Below the pieces are notes generated by a model. That model was not told the DNA's origin and searched no databases. It saw only the letters and a program-made list of their open reading frames with translations. Source: a virus. Taken from it: 64,000 nt of DNA. Below, one piece after another: positions 56,701-64,000 of this stretch. The translations under genes and the position numbers were made by a program. The stretch spans positions 7,985 through 71,984 of the IMG/VR virus record IMGVR_UViG_3300033149_003459. One strand, written 5' to 3'. Numbering within the stretch: position 1 is the stretch's first letter; each line of letters begins with the position of its first letter.

Positions 56701-57766
56701 CGACTATGACTCTGTCAACAACTACTCCGGGCAGACGTACGCGCTGATCCTGCGCTACGCCGGGTCCGCGCACAAGTTCCAGTTCGTGATCCGCGGAAGC
56801 ACCACAACCGTGACGCTGACAGCCGGATGCAACGGGTCCGGGGTGTGGGCCTCAGGCAACACGTTCGCCGACAACACGTACCTGCACGACTGGATACACA
56901 TCAAGATCACGTGGGACATCAGCAACGACAACTACTACCTCGACATCAACGGTACCAACATCGACAGCGAGACCGCTACCGACGTCGGAACGGTTGTCTT
57001 CAACCCGAACCTCTCAGTGGGCTCGATCCCGCTCTATTCCGCCCCCTCCAACTTCACTATAGACGGCGAGATATGCGACATGCTGATACTCGCCACGGCC
57101 GACAGGACGCTCACGCACGGGGCGGCGACCCTCCCGTGGGTGCAGAAGACGCTGGCGAACACCGGCCGGGGCGTCGCCATCGACGAGAACGCCATCAGGC
57201 TGCTGAGGGCGGAGATCGCGCAGCTCGACAAGAAGATGCGGTTCATCGACGTGGGGACGCAGGGCATCCGCGCGGTGGACCGCGCCGGTCACGTCATCCA
57301 CGACATAGTCGACCAGGCGATGCTCGCCGGCCATGAGTACCTCGGGCACCTGTACTTCTTCAACACCGACAGCGGCACCACCACCGACTACCGGATCTAC
57401 AACGGCACGCCCACCATCGGTTCTTGGACACCGTGCGGCGTCGTCACGCTCGGGATCGAGAACGTCAAGGGGGTCTACTTCAAGGTCTACATAGACATCG
57501 TCGAGGCTACCGCTGGGACGGTATCAGGCATGCACATAGCGTTCAGGCCGAAGGGATCGAGCTGGGGGTACCTTACCAGCGAGCTATCCCCGATGGTCCA
57601 CGTGTACGCGGACATGACCTCCGCCACGATTGACGGGCTGCGAATGGTCGGAGAGGTGATCTGCCCGGTGGGCACCGACGATGAGGTGGAGTTCCGGGCC
57701 GGGACGTCGACCTCCGGGTCCGACACCATCACCGTTGCCATCACGCAGATGGGGGTCTTCGCATGA
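53699..57766 (+). CDS. Tail fibre/receptor-binding protein with LamG domains (possibly the continuation of the previous gene)
   Basis: GLIDELWIFDRALS, ILDELRFYDRVLT, ITANEIAADAV trimer-like repeats, QVEE..PTPY. Confidence 0.75.
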   Translation: MKDVAPTHEAGRVGNAYHFDGSSQYMTIPHHADFNFGTGDFSIALWVYLDDTPTANETFVYKWNTGEGAIKIRTDSGLNLRAYVGTAASYTGLVDTEAMSTGTWYFVTLVRESGAIRLYKNAVLVDSDSDSGDVNTSTDLNIARGAGGAELFDGLIDELWIFDRALSAAEVKSLYTAPLSFTSYMVDSAQLRADQIKSEHIDVSSFLSVPSDEDLKLYYSFDDDGLADGDTVKDQSPAENDGTLTLGAGGGFTDGKANAAMDFGGSQDTYVTVMSDGSGSDFAVQSFSIACWIYITSIENYAIIWSYDYTSHATPYYAQHLRVEESGGQGRVIFYWNDGSAAQNVSSDYGTISQDTWHHVCVTFTSGSQEIWIDGVLAESKTNTDTITYYAQEIWVGRANFSVTDELILDELRFYDRVLTQKEIRSLYLNPGGMVHGMVATRHLVADLITANEIAADAVEADKIKAEAVLVEKLNVLARDLVNNVTYSGHLGGWGQHDDDGTNNGTTALSVVPLVYGSQTVYAVRLSDDGTWAARLKSFEVSHGKVYKVTFAGKVSSAAYSGYVNVLAYSSLQEGAESDGSLHTGNYNVTPYDSSRTAGTPAATDVELSRDKSTSFVEHTAYIIGYGRSIDDCPAVSNTDDKFIYLSDSRTKYVSLEMHAAFSGSGTFDIVNMSVVELGTGQIVAENIVAETITADEIASSTLTSRTLLIGKDNNIYDYGDDIGDSDELFLHDLTCLSSKGRVPEEKSITPAPRASYDSDNTEYENPEAMMWDDIAGDPRADGIGFWRSTTNMIDEPFDYAAAFTESNMYTITEATFRFQNHTFWTFMANSTSTSSASHYFTFSSSDVAVRMIIRKGQVSGTTNVRMYRTTGALKAGVNITWTSDTVALVTPTTYTCEIIDAIWHESGELVEIALKFGSITTGDGTVRLIIYPDSSEADGDYVEVAAVQVEEQPHPTPYTPSNRDVSALWYRYEWAQAGSIELRVRMRCNYDGVGNQYIVSDYDSVNNYSGQTYALILRYAGSAHKFQFVIRGSTTTVTLTAGCNGSGVWASGNTFADNTYLHDWIHIKITWDISNDNYYLDINGTNIDSETATDVGTVVFNPNLSVGSIPLYSAPSNFTIDGEICDMLILATADRTLTHGAATLPWVQKTLANTGRGVAIDENAIRLLRAEIAQLDKKMRFIDVGTQGIRAVDRAGHVIHDIVDQAMLAGHEYLGHLYFFNTDSGTTTDYRIYNGTPTIGSWTPCGVVTLGIENVKGVYFKVYIDIVEATAGTVSGMHIAFRPKGSSWGYLTSELSPMVHVYADMTSATIDGLRMVGEVICPVGTDDEVEFRAGTSTSGSDTITVAITQMGVFA

Positions 57767-58136
57767 TCTACGAGCTGCAGACCCGGACCATCGACGGCGT
57801 TGATTACTACTGCGGGACGGTCATCAAGCGCGAGACCGGGACGCCCGACTCGCGAACCTACAGTACGTCCTTACCGACAACCCGGACTATGACCCGGAAG
57901 CAGGCCCGTCGAGGGAGAACCGTCCGTATCTGATAGCGCTGCGGCCGCAGGCACCGGCGAAGGAGCGGGTCGACGCGAGGAATGAGGCGCGGCAGGCGAG
58001 GTCCATCGCGAACGCCGTTCCGTACGCCCGGCTCGTGCGGGCGGTGTGCGACCTCGCGGGCGGAGACTCGACGGAAATCGACCTCATACGGGCTGAAATA
58101 GACAGGATCGTTATTGAAGTGGAAAATACTTTGTGA
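57763..58136 (+). pseudogene. Small gene after the tail fibre with an apparent 1-nt frameshift near 57849
   Basis: MIYELQTRTIDG...GTPD continues in another frame as ANLQYVLTDNPDYDP...IEVENTL*. Confidence 0.5.
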
Positions 58137-58173
58137 GAAAACGCGGTATTATATACGTAGGGGGATAAATGAT

Positions 58174-58635
58174 ATGATCAGACTGTGGTTCATCGTGCTG
58201 ACGTTCGCGCTTGAGCTCGGCGTGTCTTCCGAGCAGTCCGCCGTGTACACCGACGCCGCGATACCGGATGAGGTGGCCGTCAGGGGCAACATCAACCTGA
58301 ACTCGCTGCTGAAGAACCGCGAGTTCGTGTCGTTCAAGTCCGGGTACGCGCTGCTTGAGGCGGACGTGTGGCTGTGGGACATGGTGTACATGGGCGGCGG
58401 CGTCAAGACGTCGTTCATGAGCCTCCCTGAAGCGGGAGAAAGGAGCTGGCTGGGGATCGGGTTCAATCCCCTGGATGCGTCGTACATGGTACGGGCAGGT
58501 GCCAAGTTCGGAGCGATTGACATAGGGTTCAGGCATGTATGCCTGCACCCGGCCGCGCCGTATTTCTACGACACCCTGCCGTCGTTCGCGTTCGACGCCG
58601 GGTTCGAGGAGCTGTACATCCGCATCGAGGGGTAG
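58174..58635 (+). CDS. Exported beta-rich (outer-membrane-like) protein
   Basis: Hydrophobic N-terminus, alternating beta strands, GFRHVCLHP, terminal ELYIRIEG. Confidence 0.55.
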   Translation: MIRLWFIVLTFALELGVSSEQSAVYTDAAIPDEVAVRGNINLNSLLKNREFVSFKSGYALLEADVWLWDMVYMGGGVKTSFMSLPEAGERSWLGIGFNPLDASYMVRAGAKFGAIDIGFRHVCLHPAAPYFYDTLPSFAFDAGFEELYIRIEG

Positions 58636-58640
58636 GGTTT

Positions 58641-59012
58641 ATGGACGGAAAATCTCAGGATTCCCCGGATTGCGTTCCGACCATGTTCAGCGCAGTATGC
58701 CAACCGTACATGGACGGGATGAAGAGGGACATCATCGACTCCGTGGCTGGCCTACGCGAGGAGAGCCGCATATCGAGCGAGGCCTCACGCGACGCGATAG
58801 CTGAGGTGCACAACAGGATCGACAGGATGCTTGAGGTGCACATAATTCCGATGGCGAACAAGGTCCACAACGGGTTCGGCGACGAGATATCGAGTGTGAG
58901 CAGGCGGCTCGACCGGGTGGACCGGCGCGTGTGGTGGCTCGTGGGCACGATGTTCACGCTGCTGCTGACGGCAGTCGGCATACTCGCCGCCGTGCTGAGG
59001 GGGGCCAGATGA
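58641..59012 (+). CDS. Coiled-coil protein with a C-terminal TM (XhlA-like lysis accessory)
   Basis: RLDRVDRRVWWLVGTMFTLLL. Confidence 0.55.
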   Translation: MDGKSQDSPDCVPTMFSAVCQPYMDGMKRDIIDSVAGLREESRISSEASRDAIAEVHNRIDRMLEVHIIPMANKVHNGFGDEISSVSRRLDRVDRRVWWLVGTMFTLLLTAVGILAAVLRGAR

Positions 59013-59350
59013 AACCGACGCCGAAGCAACTCCAGGAGCGACGGGCGAGGTGGCTCATGCTGCGGTGGCAGCACGCCCGCCTGTGGGCGGTCAGCACGGT
59101 CGGTGCGGCGCTGACCGTGCTCCTGCCGGGGCTGAGGGACGGCGTGGCCGGAGTGACGCTGCGCGTGCCGACGGCGCTTGAGTGCGCGGGCGCGCTCGCG
59201 ATCACGTTCGTCGCGCTGCTGCTCGACGAGGGGTGGGGCGGGAACAGGCTCACGAGGAACCCGCAGGTGTGGCGGAGGAAGATGAAGCACGCGCTCCTCA
59301 CCGGGATCGCGGCCGAGTCCATGGTAACAAGACTGATAGGCGGAGGCTGA
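59009..59350 (+). CDS. Putative holin-like membrane protein
   Basis: Two to three hydrophobic segments in the lysis region. Confidence 0.45.
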   Translation: MKPTPKQLQERRARWLMLRWQHARLWAVSTVGAALTVLLPGLRDGVAGVTLRVPTALECAGALAITFVALLLDEGWGGNRLTRNPQVWRRKMKHALLTGIAAESMVTRLIGGG

Positions 59351-59351
59351 C

Positions 59352-59843
59352 ATGCGCAGCTACGACATGGCAAAACAGACGAACCCGGACCACCTTGAGC
59401 CCATACGAACAGACGGGTGCCTGTTCATGAGCCTGGCGTCCATCGCGGTCGACTACGCCGACACGATGCTATACCCGGAGGACATCAACGAGCTGTTCTG
59501 GTACGTGACGCCGTGGCACATGCGCGACGGCCTGCACGCCAGGGAGGACCGGTGCCTCGTGCTCGACCATCCGGCGATCATACGGGCGGCGCTCAGGATG
59601 CTCCTGACCCCCAACGAGATGCCCGTCGTGGAGTACGTGTTCCGCGACGATGAGGACGCCTCGAAGTGCTTCGGTGACGTCCGGGACAAGGAGCGGTGCA
59701 CGGCGTTCATCACCGAGGTCCAGATGACCGGCTACACGCATTTCTTCCGCAGCGACAAGGACTGCAACGTGGTGTACAATCCCGGCAGGTCGTGGAGCAG
59801 GGAGATAGTCTCCTACAGAGGATACTATCTGGGGGTTGAGTGA
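59352..59843 (+). CDS. DUF261-like Cys/His protein, putative endolysin or peptidase
   Basis: KQT...IRTDGCLFMSL...IN...HF...YNP; flanked by membrane proteins. Confidence 0.55.
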   Translation: MRSYDMAKQTNPDHLEPIRTDGCLFMSLASIAVDYADTMLYPEDINELFWYVTPWHMRDGLHAREDRCLVLDHPAIIRAALRMLLTPNEMPVVEYVFRDDEDASKCFGDVRDKERCTAFITEVQMTGYTHFFRSDKDCNVVYNPGRSWSREIVSYRGYYLGVE

Positions 59844-60085
59844 TGGTCGGTTTCCTTGAGGAGGCCGAGGGCGTCCGCAGCGCCGGTAGGCTCATATCAC
59901 TCATGGCCGCGGCACTCGGCATCGTCATAGTGCTGTTCGCGCTGGTGCTGATAGCCGTGGACTTCGCCGGTGACGCCGCGCAGGTCGGGCAGCTCATCGG
60001 GCTCGTCGCCCTCGGCATAGGCGTGTTCGGCTCCGGCGAGGCGCTGAAGGCGACGCAGAAGATGACCGAGAGGAGGGACCGATGA
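59840..60085 (+). CDS. Two-TM holin-like protein
   Basis: GFLEEAEGVRSAGRL, two TM segments, KATQK. Confidence 0.6.
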   Translation: MMVGFLEEAEGVRSAGRLISLMAAALGIVIVLFALVLIAVDFAGDAAQVGQLIGLVALGIGVFGSGEALKATQKMTERRDR

Positions 60086-60918
60086 GCGGCCGACCGTTCA
60101 GGCTGACGGTGAAGCGGCCGCGCGACAGCTCGCAGGGCTACTCGCTCGCAATCATCGAGTACGGCGAGCGGGCGTTCCCGCTCGCGGCCATAGGCGACAT
60201 GCACTGGGGCGCGCCGACCTTCGACCAGCGGGCGCTTGAGTCGACGCGCAAGTGGATAGCCGACAACGACAGCGCGTGGGTCGGGATGGGGGACTGGATC
60301 GAGAACGCGAACAGCCGGAGCGTCGGAGCCGGATGGGCTGAGCAGGTGTCCCCGCCGCAGACGCAGATGCGGGAGGTCGCAGAGTTCCTTGAGCCGATAG
60401 CGCACCTGTGCGTCGGCGCTGTCAGGGGTAACCACGAAATCCGGACCTGGAAGGACTGCGGGATCGATCCCATGTCCTGGATCTGCGGCGAGCTTGAGAT
60501 ACCGTACTTCACCGAGGAGTTCTACGGCATGTTCTCCGCGCCGCGCCTCGGGGCGGTGTCCCTGTACGCGGCGCACTCCACGACGGCGAGCAAGACCCCA
60601 GGCCTGTCGATGAACGTCCTGGAGCGGGACGTCGCGAAGTGGGCGCACACCGACATCATAGCCAAGGCGCACTCGCACGACACGGACTACCAGGTGCGCG
60701 AGTGGATAGAGGTGGACAAAGGGAACCACAACGTCAGGCGCGTCAGGGGGTACTACTGGCTCACGGGCCACTACCTCGGCCGACCGGATAGCTATATCGC
60801 CAGAAGGATGGCCGGACCGAAGCCGCTGGGCACCGTCGCGCTGCGCGTGAAGATCCTGGGCCACAGGATGACGCACGTGGTGCCGGAGTATATAATGGAG
60901 AACGGAGGCAGGCAATGA
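60082..60918 (+). CDS. Calcineurin-like metallophosphoesterase
   Basis: GDMHWG, GD, GNHE, AHSH. Confidence 0.85.
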   Translation: MSGRPFRLTVKRPRDSSQGYSLAIIEYGERAFPLAAIGDMHWGAPTFDQRALESTRKWIADNDSAWVGMGDWIENANSRSVGAGWAEQVSPPQTQMREVAEFLEPIAHLCVGAVRGNHEIRTWKDCGIDPMSWICGELEIPYFTEEFYGMFSAPRLGAVSLYAAHSTTASKTPGLSMNVLERDVAKWAHTDIIAKAHSHDTDYQVREWIEVDKGNHNVRRVRGYYWLTGHYLGRPDSYIARRMAGPKPLGTVALRVKILGHRMTHVVPEYIMENGGRQ

Positions 60919-61364
60919 AACGGCTGCTAACAGTGGCCGCGCTGGCCGCGCTGTGTGCGTTCGTATGGGCGGTGCCAGCCGGTTTCGAGGACGTGAACGT
61001 CAACGACGGGAAGTGGGACTACTACGCGCTCGTGTGGGGGACCACCGAGCCGGGGACGCGCGTCGCCTTCATAGGGTCGGTCCAGGACGTCCAGCCGAAC
61101 GCGGAGGAGGGCGTGTGGGCCGTGTTTATCGGGACCACGCACTGGGTGCCCGAGCGGCTGATGTACACGAAGTCCACGGTAGTAGTCGAGTTCGCTGAAC
61201 GCCCGCGGGGCGTCCGTGACGGTGACAGGGTCATAGTGTACGCGCTGTACCGGATGGTGGTCATCTTCAACGGCTACCCGATCCCGCTCATGGACGGCGT
61301 GGAGATGGCGCACAGGAGGGTTCCGGGAACTGGGACGAGCAATGCCGCAGAGACGGGGATGTGA
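60915..61364 (+). CDS. Secreted hypothetical protein (OB-fold-like)
   Basis: Signal peptide MKRLLTVAALAAL; DGDRVIVYA. Confidence 0.55.
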   Translation: MKRLLTVAALAALCAFVWAVPAGFEDVNVNDGKWDYYALVWGTTEPGTRVAFIGSVQDVQPNAEEGVWAVFIGTTHWVPERLMYTKSTVVVEFAERPRGVRDGDRVIVYALYRMVVIFNGYPIPLMDGVEMAHRRVPGTGTSNAAETGM

Positions 61365-61608
61365 CCATGAACACGAACATCGGAACCGCCATCCACCAAT
61401 CCCCGCAACACCGGATGGACGATCTTGATAAGCTCCAGAAGCCCGTCGCGGTAAGGTGCGCGGTCAATGGCAGATGAACGAGTGACCGTGCTGTCGGCGG
61501 TGAGCATGGACGCGGTGGTCAGCTCGCCAGTCGAGCCCACCCTTTCTGTCTCGTCACCCGTGACGACCGCGCAGCAGGTCGACACCAAGATCGCGGAGGA
61601 CTACGTAG

Positions 61609-61911
61609 ATGAGTAGCATATACGTCGGGCAGACGGCGCTCACGTTCCAGGTGCGCACGGGCATCCCGCTGACGAACCTGAACACCGGGTACCTCGTGTA
61701 CGGCAAGCCGTCGGGAGCGACCGGCGCCTGGCAGTGCTCAGTGAGCGACGTGACGAACGGATACCTGACCTACGGCGTGCGGTCGTCCACGGACCTCGAC
61801 GAGCCGGGCAAGTGGGCCATGTGGAGCCGCTGCGTGTTCAACGACGGCACGCGGGCGCTCGGGGACGTGGACGAGGTGTACGTCAAGCCCAAGCCCACCG
61901 GGCCGCGCTGA
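61609..61911 (+). CDS. BppU-N-like virion protein
   Basis: IYVGQT, KPSG..G.W, DLDEPGKW. Confidence 0.55.
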   Translation: MSSIYVGQTALTFQVRTGIPLTNLNTGYLVYGKPSGATGAWQCSVSDVTNGYLTYGVRSSTDLDEPGKWAMWSRCVFNDGTRALGDVDEVYVKPKPTGPR

Positions 61912-62064
61912 CGGCCTAATTCGGCCACATAGGGTACGATTTTCCGCCACCCTGGCGGGCGGCTGAGAAAAAATCTTCCACATTTCGGGCCGATTTCCAG
62001 CTAAATCCTTACCATACAAGCAATTATCTTTCGTAGAAATATCGAAAAAAAGTGAATAATTTTC

Positions 62065-62093
62065 TTGACTACTGGGTAATATAGATGTATACT
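62065..62093 (+). promoter_or_regulatory. Strong sigma70 early promoter
   Basis: TTGACT-17 bp-TATACT with an A-rich upstream element. Confidence 0.8.
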
Positions 62094-62120
62094 GTAAGCA
62101 AGTAAATAAGAAAAAGTAAT

Positions 62121-62132
62121 TGTTCATTGACA
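62121..62132 (+). promoter_or_regulatory. boxA-like antitermination site
   Basis: TGTTCATTGACA shortly after the predicted start site; resembles boxA TGCTCTTTAACA. Confidence 0.5.
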
Positions 62133-62463
62133 TACAGAGCAGCTGCAGCAGACCTTAGCCGGGGGAACGGCTATCGGGGAGACGGACACGATACTTCGAT
62201 CCGAGGACGGTCGGATGGTGGCTGCCAGAGAGAAGGAGATGACAGGGAAGCAGGCGGGATGCCTGCCGGGAAGCGTCGGCCAGCGGCCGACAGCACGAGT
62301 ACCGAATGAGGGCGAAGCGAAAGCCCGGAGGAAGGTTCCCTGTTCCGAAACCTCAAAATGGGACGGTCGGCTGCTGCCGACCGGTGACTGCGGGCGACCG
62401 CAGTCCTGCTTCCGGGCGACCGGAAGCGCGGCGCGGACTTCGAGGGCCGCGCAAGGGTCAAAC

Positions 62464-62532
62464 GGTCGTGGATGCTGGCAAGGGCGGCCGGGCTGAGGCC
62501 CGGCGATGCGGGTGCAAATCCCGCTCACGATC
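62464..62532 (+). ncRNA. tRNA-like element 1 (acceptor stem and T-arm, non-canonical core)
   Basis: GGTCGTG/CACGATC stem; T-arm GCGGG-TGCAAAT-CCCGC; internal GCCGGGC-TGAG-GCCCGGC hairpin. Confidence 0.45.
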
Positions 62533-62536
62533 TTAT

Positions 62537-62626
62537 CGCACCGAAGGCGTGGGAAGAACGGTCAAAAAGCCTACACGCTTAGGCGGCACACCGAGAGGTG
62601 GCCCGGTTCGAGTCCGGGCGGTGCGG
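62537..62626 (+). ncRNA. tRNA-like element 2
   Basis: Perfect 7-bp CGCACCG/CGGTGCG acceptor, T-arm CCCGG-TTCGAGT-CCGGG, CACC-GAGA-GGTG arm, GCCTA/TAGGC arm with a 6-nt loop; no canonical D-arm or CCA. Confidence 0.5.
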
Positions 62627-62656
62627 CTACCCCAGCTCATCATAGAGGAGGATGCC

Positions 62657-62842
62657 ATGATGAGACAGCATTTCGTAACCGCTTCCGAATCCGACTTCAG
62701 CGTCCGACCGGTACTGGTCGAGGACGCGAAGTCAGACCTGGTGCTCGTGCGCTACATGGCGCACGACAGCGACGGCAAGCCGGTCGTCGACACCGGGAAG
62801 ACCGAGTGGGTCGAGCACAACAGGATGCTCACCAACTCCTGA
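62657..62842 (+). CDS. Early hypothetical protein
   Basis: RBS GAGGAGG. Confidence 0.6.
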   Translation: MMRQHFVTASESDFSVRPVLVEDAKSDLVLVRYMAHDSDGKPVVDTGKTEWVEHNRMLTNS

Positions 62843-62900
62843 CCCGACGGGTGCCGGGCCGCTCCGGCACCCCATACCCCATTATATAGGAGATGAAACG

Positions 62901-63086
62901 ATGACAGCAGTAAGAACGACAGCTAAGCGCACCATTGCTATGACTCGTGACAAAGAGGACGCTTGGAAATTCGCGTCGGCGATGATCGGCGCACTGTCCG
63001 GCGGGCGAAAACGGTTCTGGAGGAAGGTCCGATGGGACGTCACCGAGAACTACGCCACGATAGTGAGGTCGCTCAGCGATCAGTAG
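62901..63086 (+). CDS. Early hypothetical protein
   Basis: RBS AGGAG. Confidence 0.6.
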   Translation: MTAVRTTAKRTIAMTRDKEDAWKFASAMIGALSGGRKRFWRKVRWDVTENYATIVRSLSDQ

Positions 63087-63091
63087 AGCGA

Positions 63092-63139
63092 CAGACCCAG
63101 CCGGGCTGAGGCCCGGCAGACCCCAGTTTTTCGAGGAGG
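63092..63139 (+). repeat. 48-bp intergenic repeat, copy 1 (hairpin + T-tract + RBS)
   Basis: 44/48 identical to 63501..63548. Confidence 0.85.
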
Positions 63140-63144
63140 ATGAC

Positions 63145-63495
63145 ATGAAGCACTACAGGATCGAGGGCAAGGTCGACGGAACCGACTGCGGCGTGTACGA
63201 CGGCGAGACGGCCGAGGATGCCGTCAAGGCGATGCTCAAGGATGCCGGTTCGAAAGCGGAAGAACCGAAAATGGGCCACTGGATAGTCACCGAGACCACC
63301 GTCTACGGCCCTCTCGACGAGTACTACGGGGTGTGGCCTGACGCCTGGCTGACCATCGAGCAGCTCCGTGCAGCCTACGATTACATGGGCTGGGAGCACG
63401 ATTTCCGTGAGGAGCCTGCAGGGACTTTCGGACCTCAAGCCTGCATCGTGGACTACCTCAGGGACCGCGCCGTGGTGGCGGTTGCTGTCGAGTAG
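63145..63495 (+). CDS. Early hypothetical protein
   Basis: RBS GAGGAGG; GVYDGETAEDAV. Confidence 0.65.
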   Translation: MKHYRIEGKVDGTDCGVYDGETAEDAVKAMLKDAGSKAEEPKMGHWIVTETTVYGPLDEYYGVWPDAWLTIEQLRAAYDYMGWEHDFREEPAGTFGPQACIVDYLRDRAVVAVAVE

Positions 63496-63500
63496 CTAAC

Positions 63501-63548
63501 CAGACCCGGCCGGGCTGAGGCCCGGCGTATCCCAGTTTTTCGAGGAGG
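63501..63548 (+). repeat. 48-bp intergenic repeat, copy 2
   Basis: CAGACCCGGCCGGGCTGAGGCCCGGCGTATCCCAGTTTTTCGAGGAGG. Confidence 0.85.
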
Positions 63549-63556
63549 GTAAACGG

Positions 63557-64000
63557 ATGACGAAAGAGGAAAGGCACGAGGCAATCAAGGCGGCGGTAGC
63601 GAGGTTCAGATCGGACGGTGTCTATACCCCGTCGGGCAATGATGGTGTCGTGCACTTCCAGGACCTGGTGATGCAGCAGACCACGGAGGAGCTCGCGGAG
63701 TTCGAGGCGGGGCTTGACAGCGGCGAGAGGGACGACTTCCTGTGGGCCGCCGTCCAGACGCTCAGCATGGACACGTTCAGCATGATCGTCAGCATGGCCG
63801 CGTCAAGGATGGCAAGGGCCGAGGTAGAGCACGCCACCGGCGAGCTGGAGAAGGCACTGGAAGTGATCGACGAACTGAAGCGCAAAAGGGACCTGTGGAA
63901 GGAGCAGGCCCAGGACCGCGAGAGCAGGCTCAGCACGCAGTCGAAAGAGGTCAGGATGCTGAAGGATTCGCTGAAGGAGCTCCAGGACTGGTACGACCAG
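63557..64000 (+). CDS. Hypothetical coiled-coil protein, 3'-truncated by the window edge
   Basis: ATG after GAGGAGG; frame open to the window end. Confidence 0.6.
   Translation, partial: MTKEERHEAIKAAVARFRSDGVYTPSGNDGVVHFQDLVMQQTTEELAEFEAGLDSGERDDFLWAAVQTLSMDTFSMIVSMAASRMARAEVEHATGELEKALEVIDELKRKRDLWKEQAQDRESRLSTQSKEVRMLKDSLKELQDWYDQ

Larger units (their letters stand above)
1..64000 (+). mobile_element. Tailed dsDNA phage/prophage genome segment, siphovirus-like
   Basis: Terminase, portal, scaffold, capsid, tail tube, chaperone, tape measure, tail fibre and lysis-like genes, all on the + strand; no host housekeeping genes, integrase or att site visible. Confidence 0.95.

Noticed and set aside
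62302-62352. Hammerhead-ribozyme-like CGAATGAG...GAAAC
   Set aside because: The core deviates from CUGANGA and the three flanking stems could not be built convincingly
62537-62626. Canonical tRNA gene call
   Set aside because: No proper D-arm, the anticodon-like loop has 6 nt, and the 3' end is GCTA; reported only as tRNA-like
62127-62656. ORFs predicted across the early leader, including the 5' extension of 62306..62842
   Set aside because: No RBS and atypical composition; the strong RBS supports a start at 62657

Overview
The window is a GC-rich piece of a tailed dsDNA phage or prophage with siphovirus-like architecture (tail tube and tape measure, no sheath). Every credible gene is on the + strand. 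In order: a RAMP/Cas7-like gene, a partner gene and a 353-bp non-coding array of GGY-NN pentamers (the most interesting locus, a candidate programmable RNA-guided system); a recombination module (RecA, resolvase-like, Cas4-like, UvsY-like); Vsr plus a C5 methyltransferase; terminase with an intein; about 14 kb of small accessory genes including APS kinase, a glycosyltransferase and nucleotide-sugar enzymes; portal, Prp-like protease and a MuF-like head protein with an intein and a C-terminal ADP-ribosyltransferase-like domain; an N4/N6 methylase; a sulfotransferase/ACP/SDR/AMP-ligase/acyltransferase cassette; scaffold, capsid, glycosyltransferases and tail genes with a -1 frameshift chaperone; lysis-like genes; then a strong early promoter followed by a boxA-like site, structured tRNA-like RNAs and repeated intergenic hairpins. 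Several proteins resemble spirochaete families, so a Spirochaetota host is inferred. All calls come from motif reading by eye; no database searches were run.
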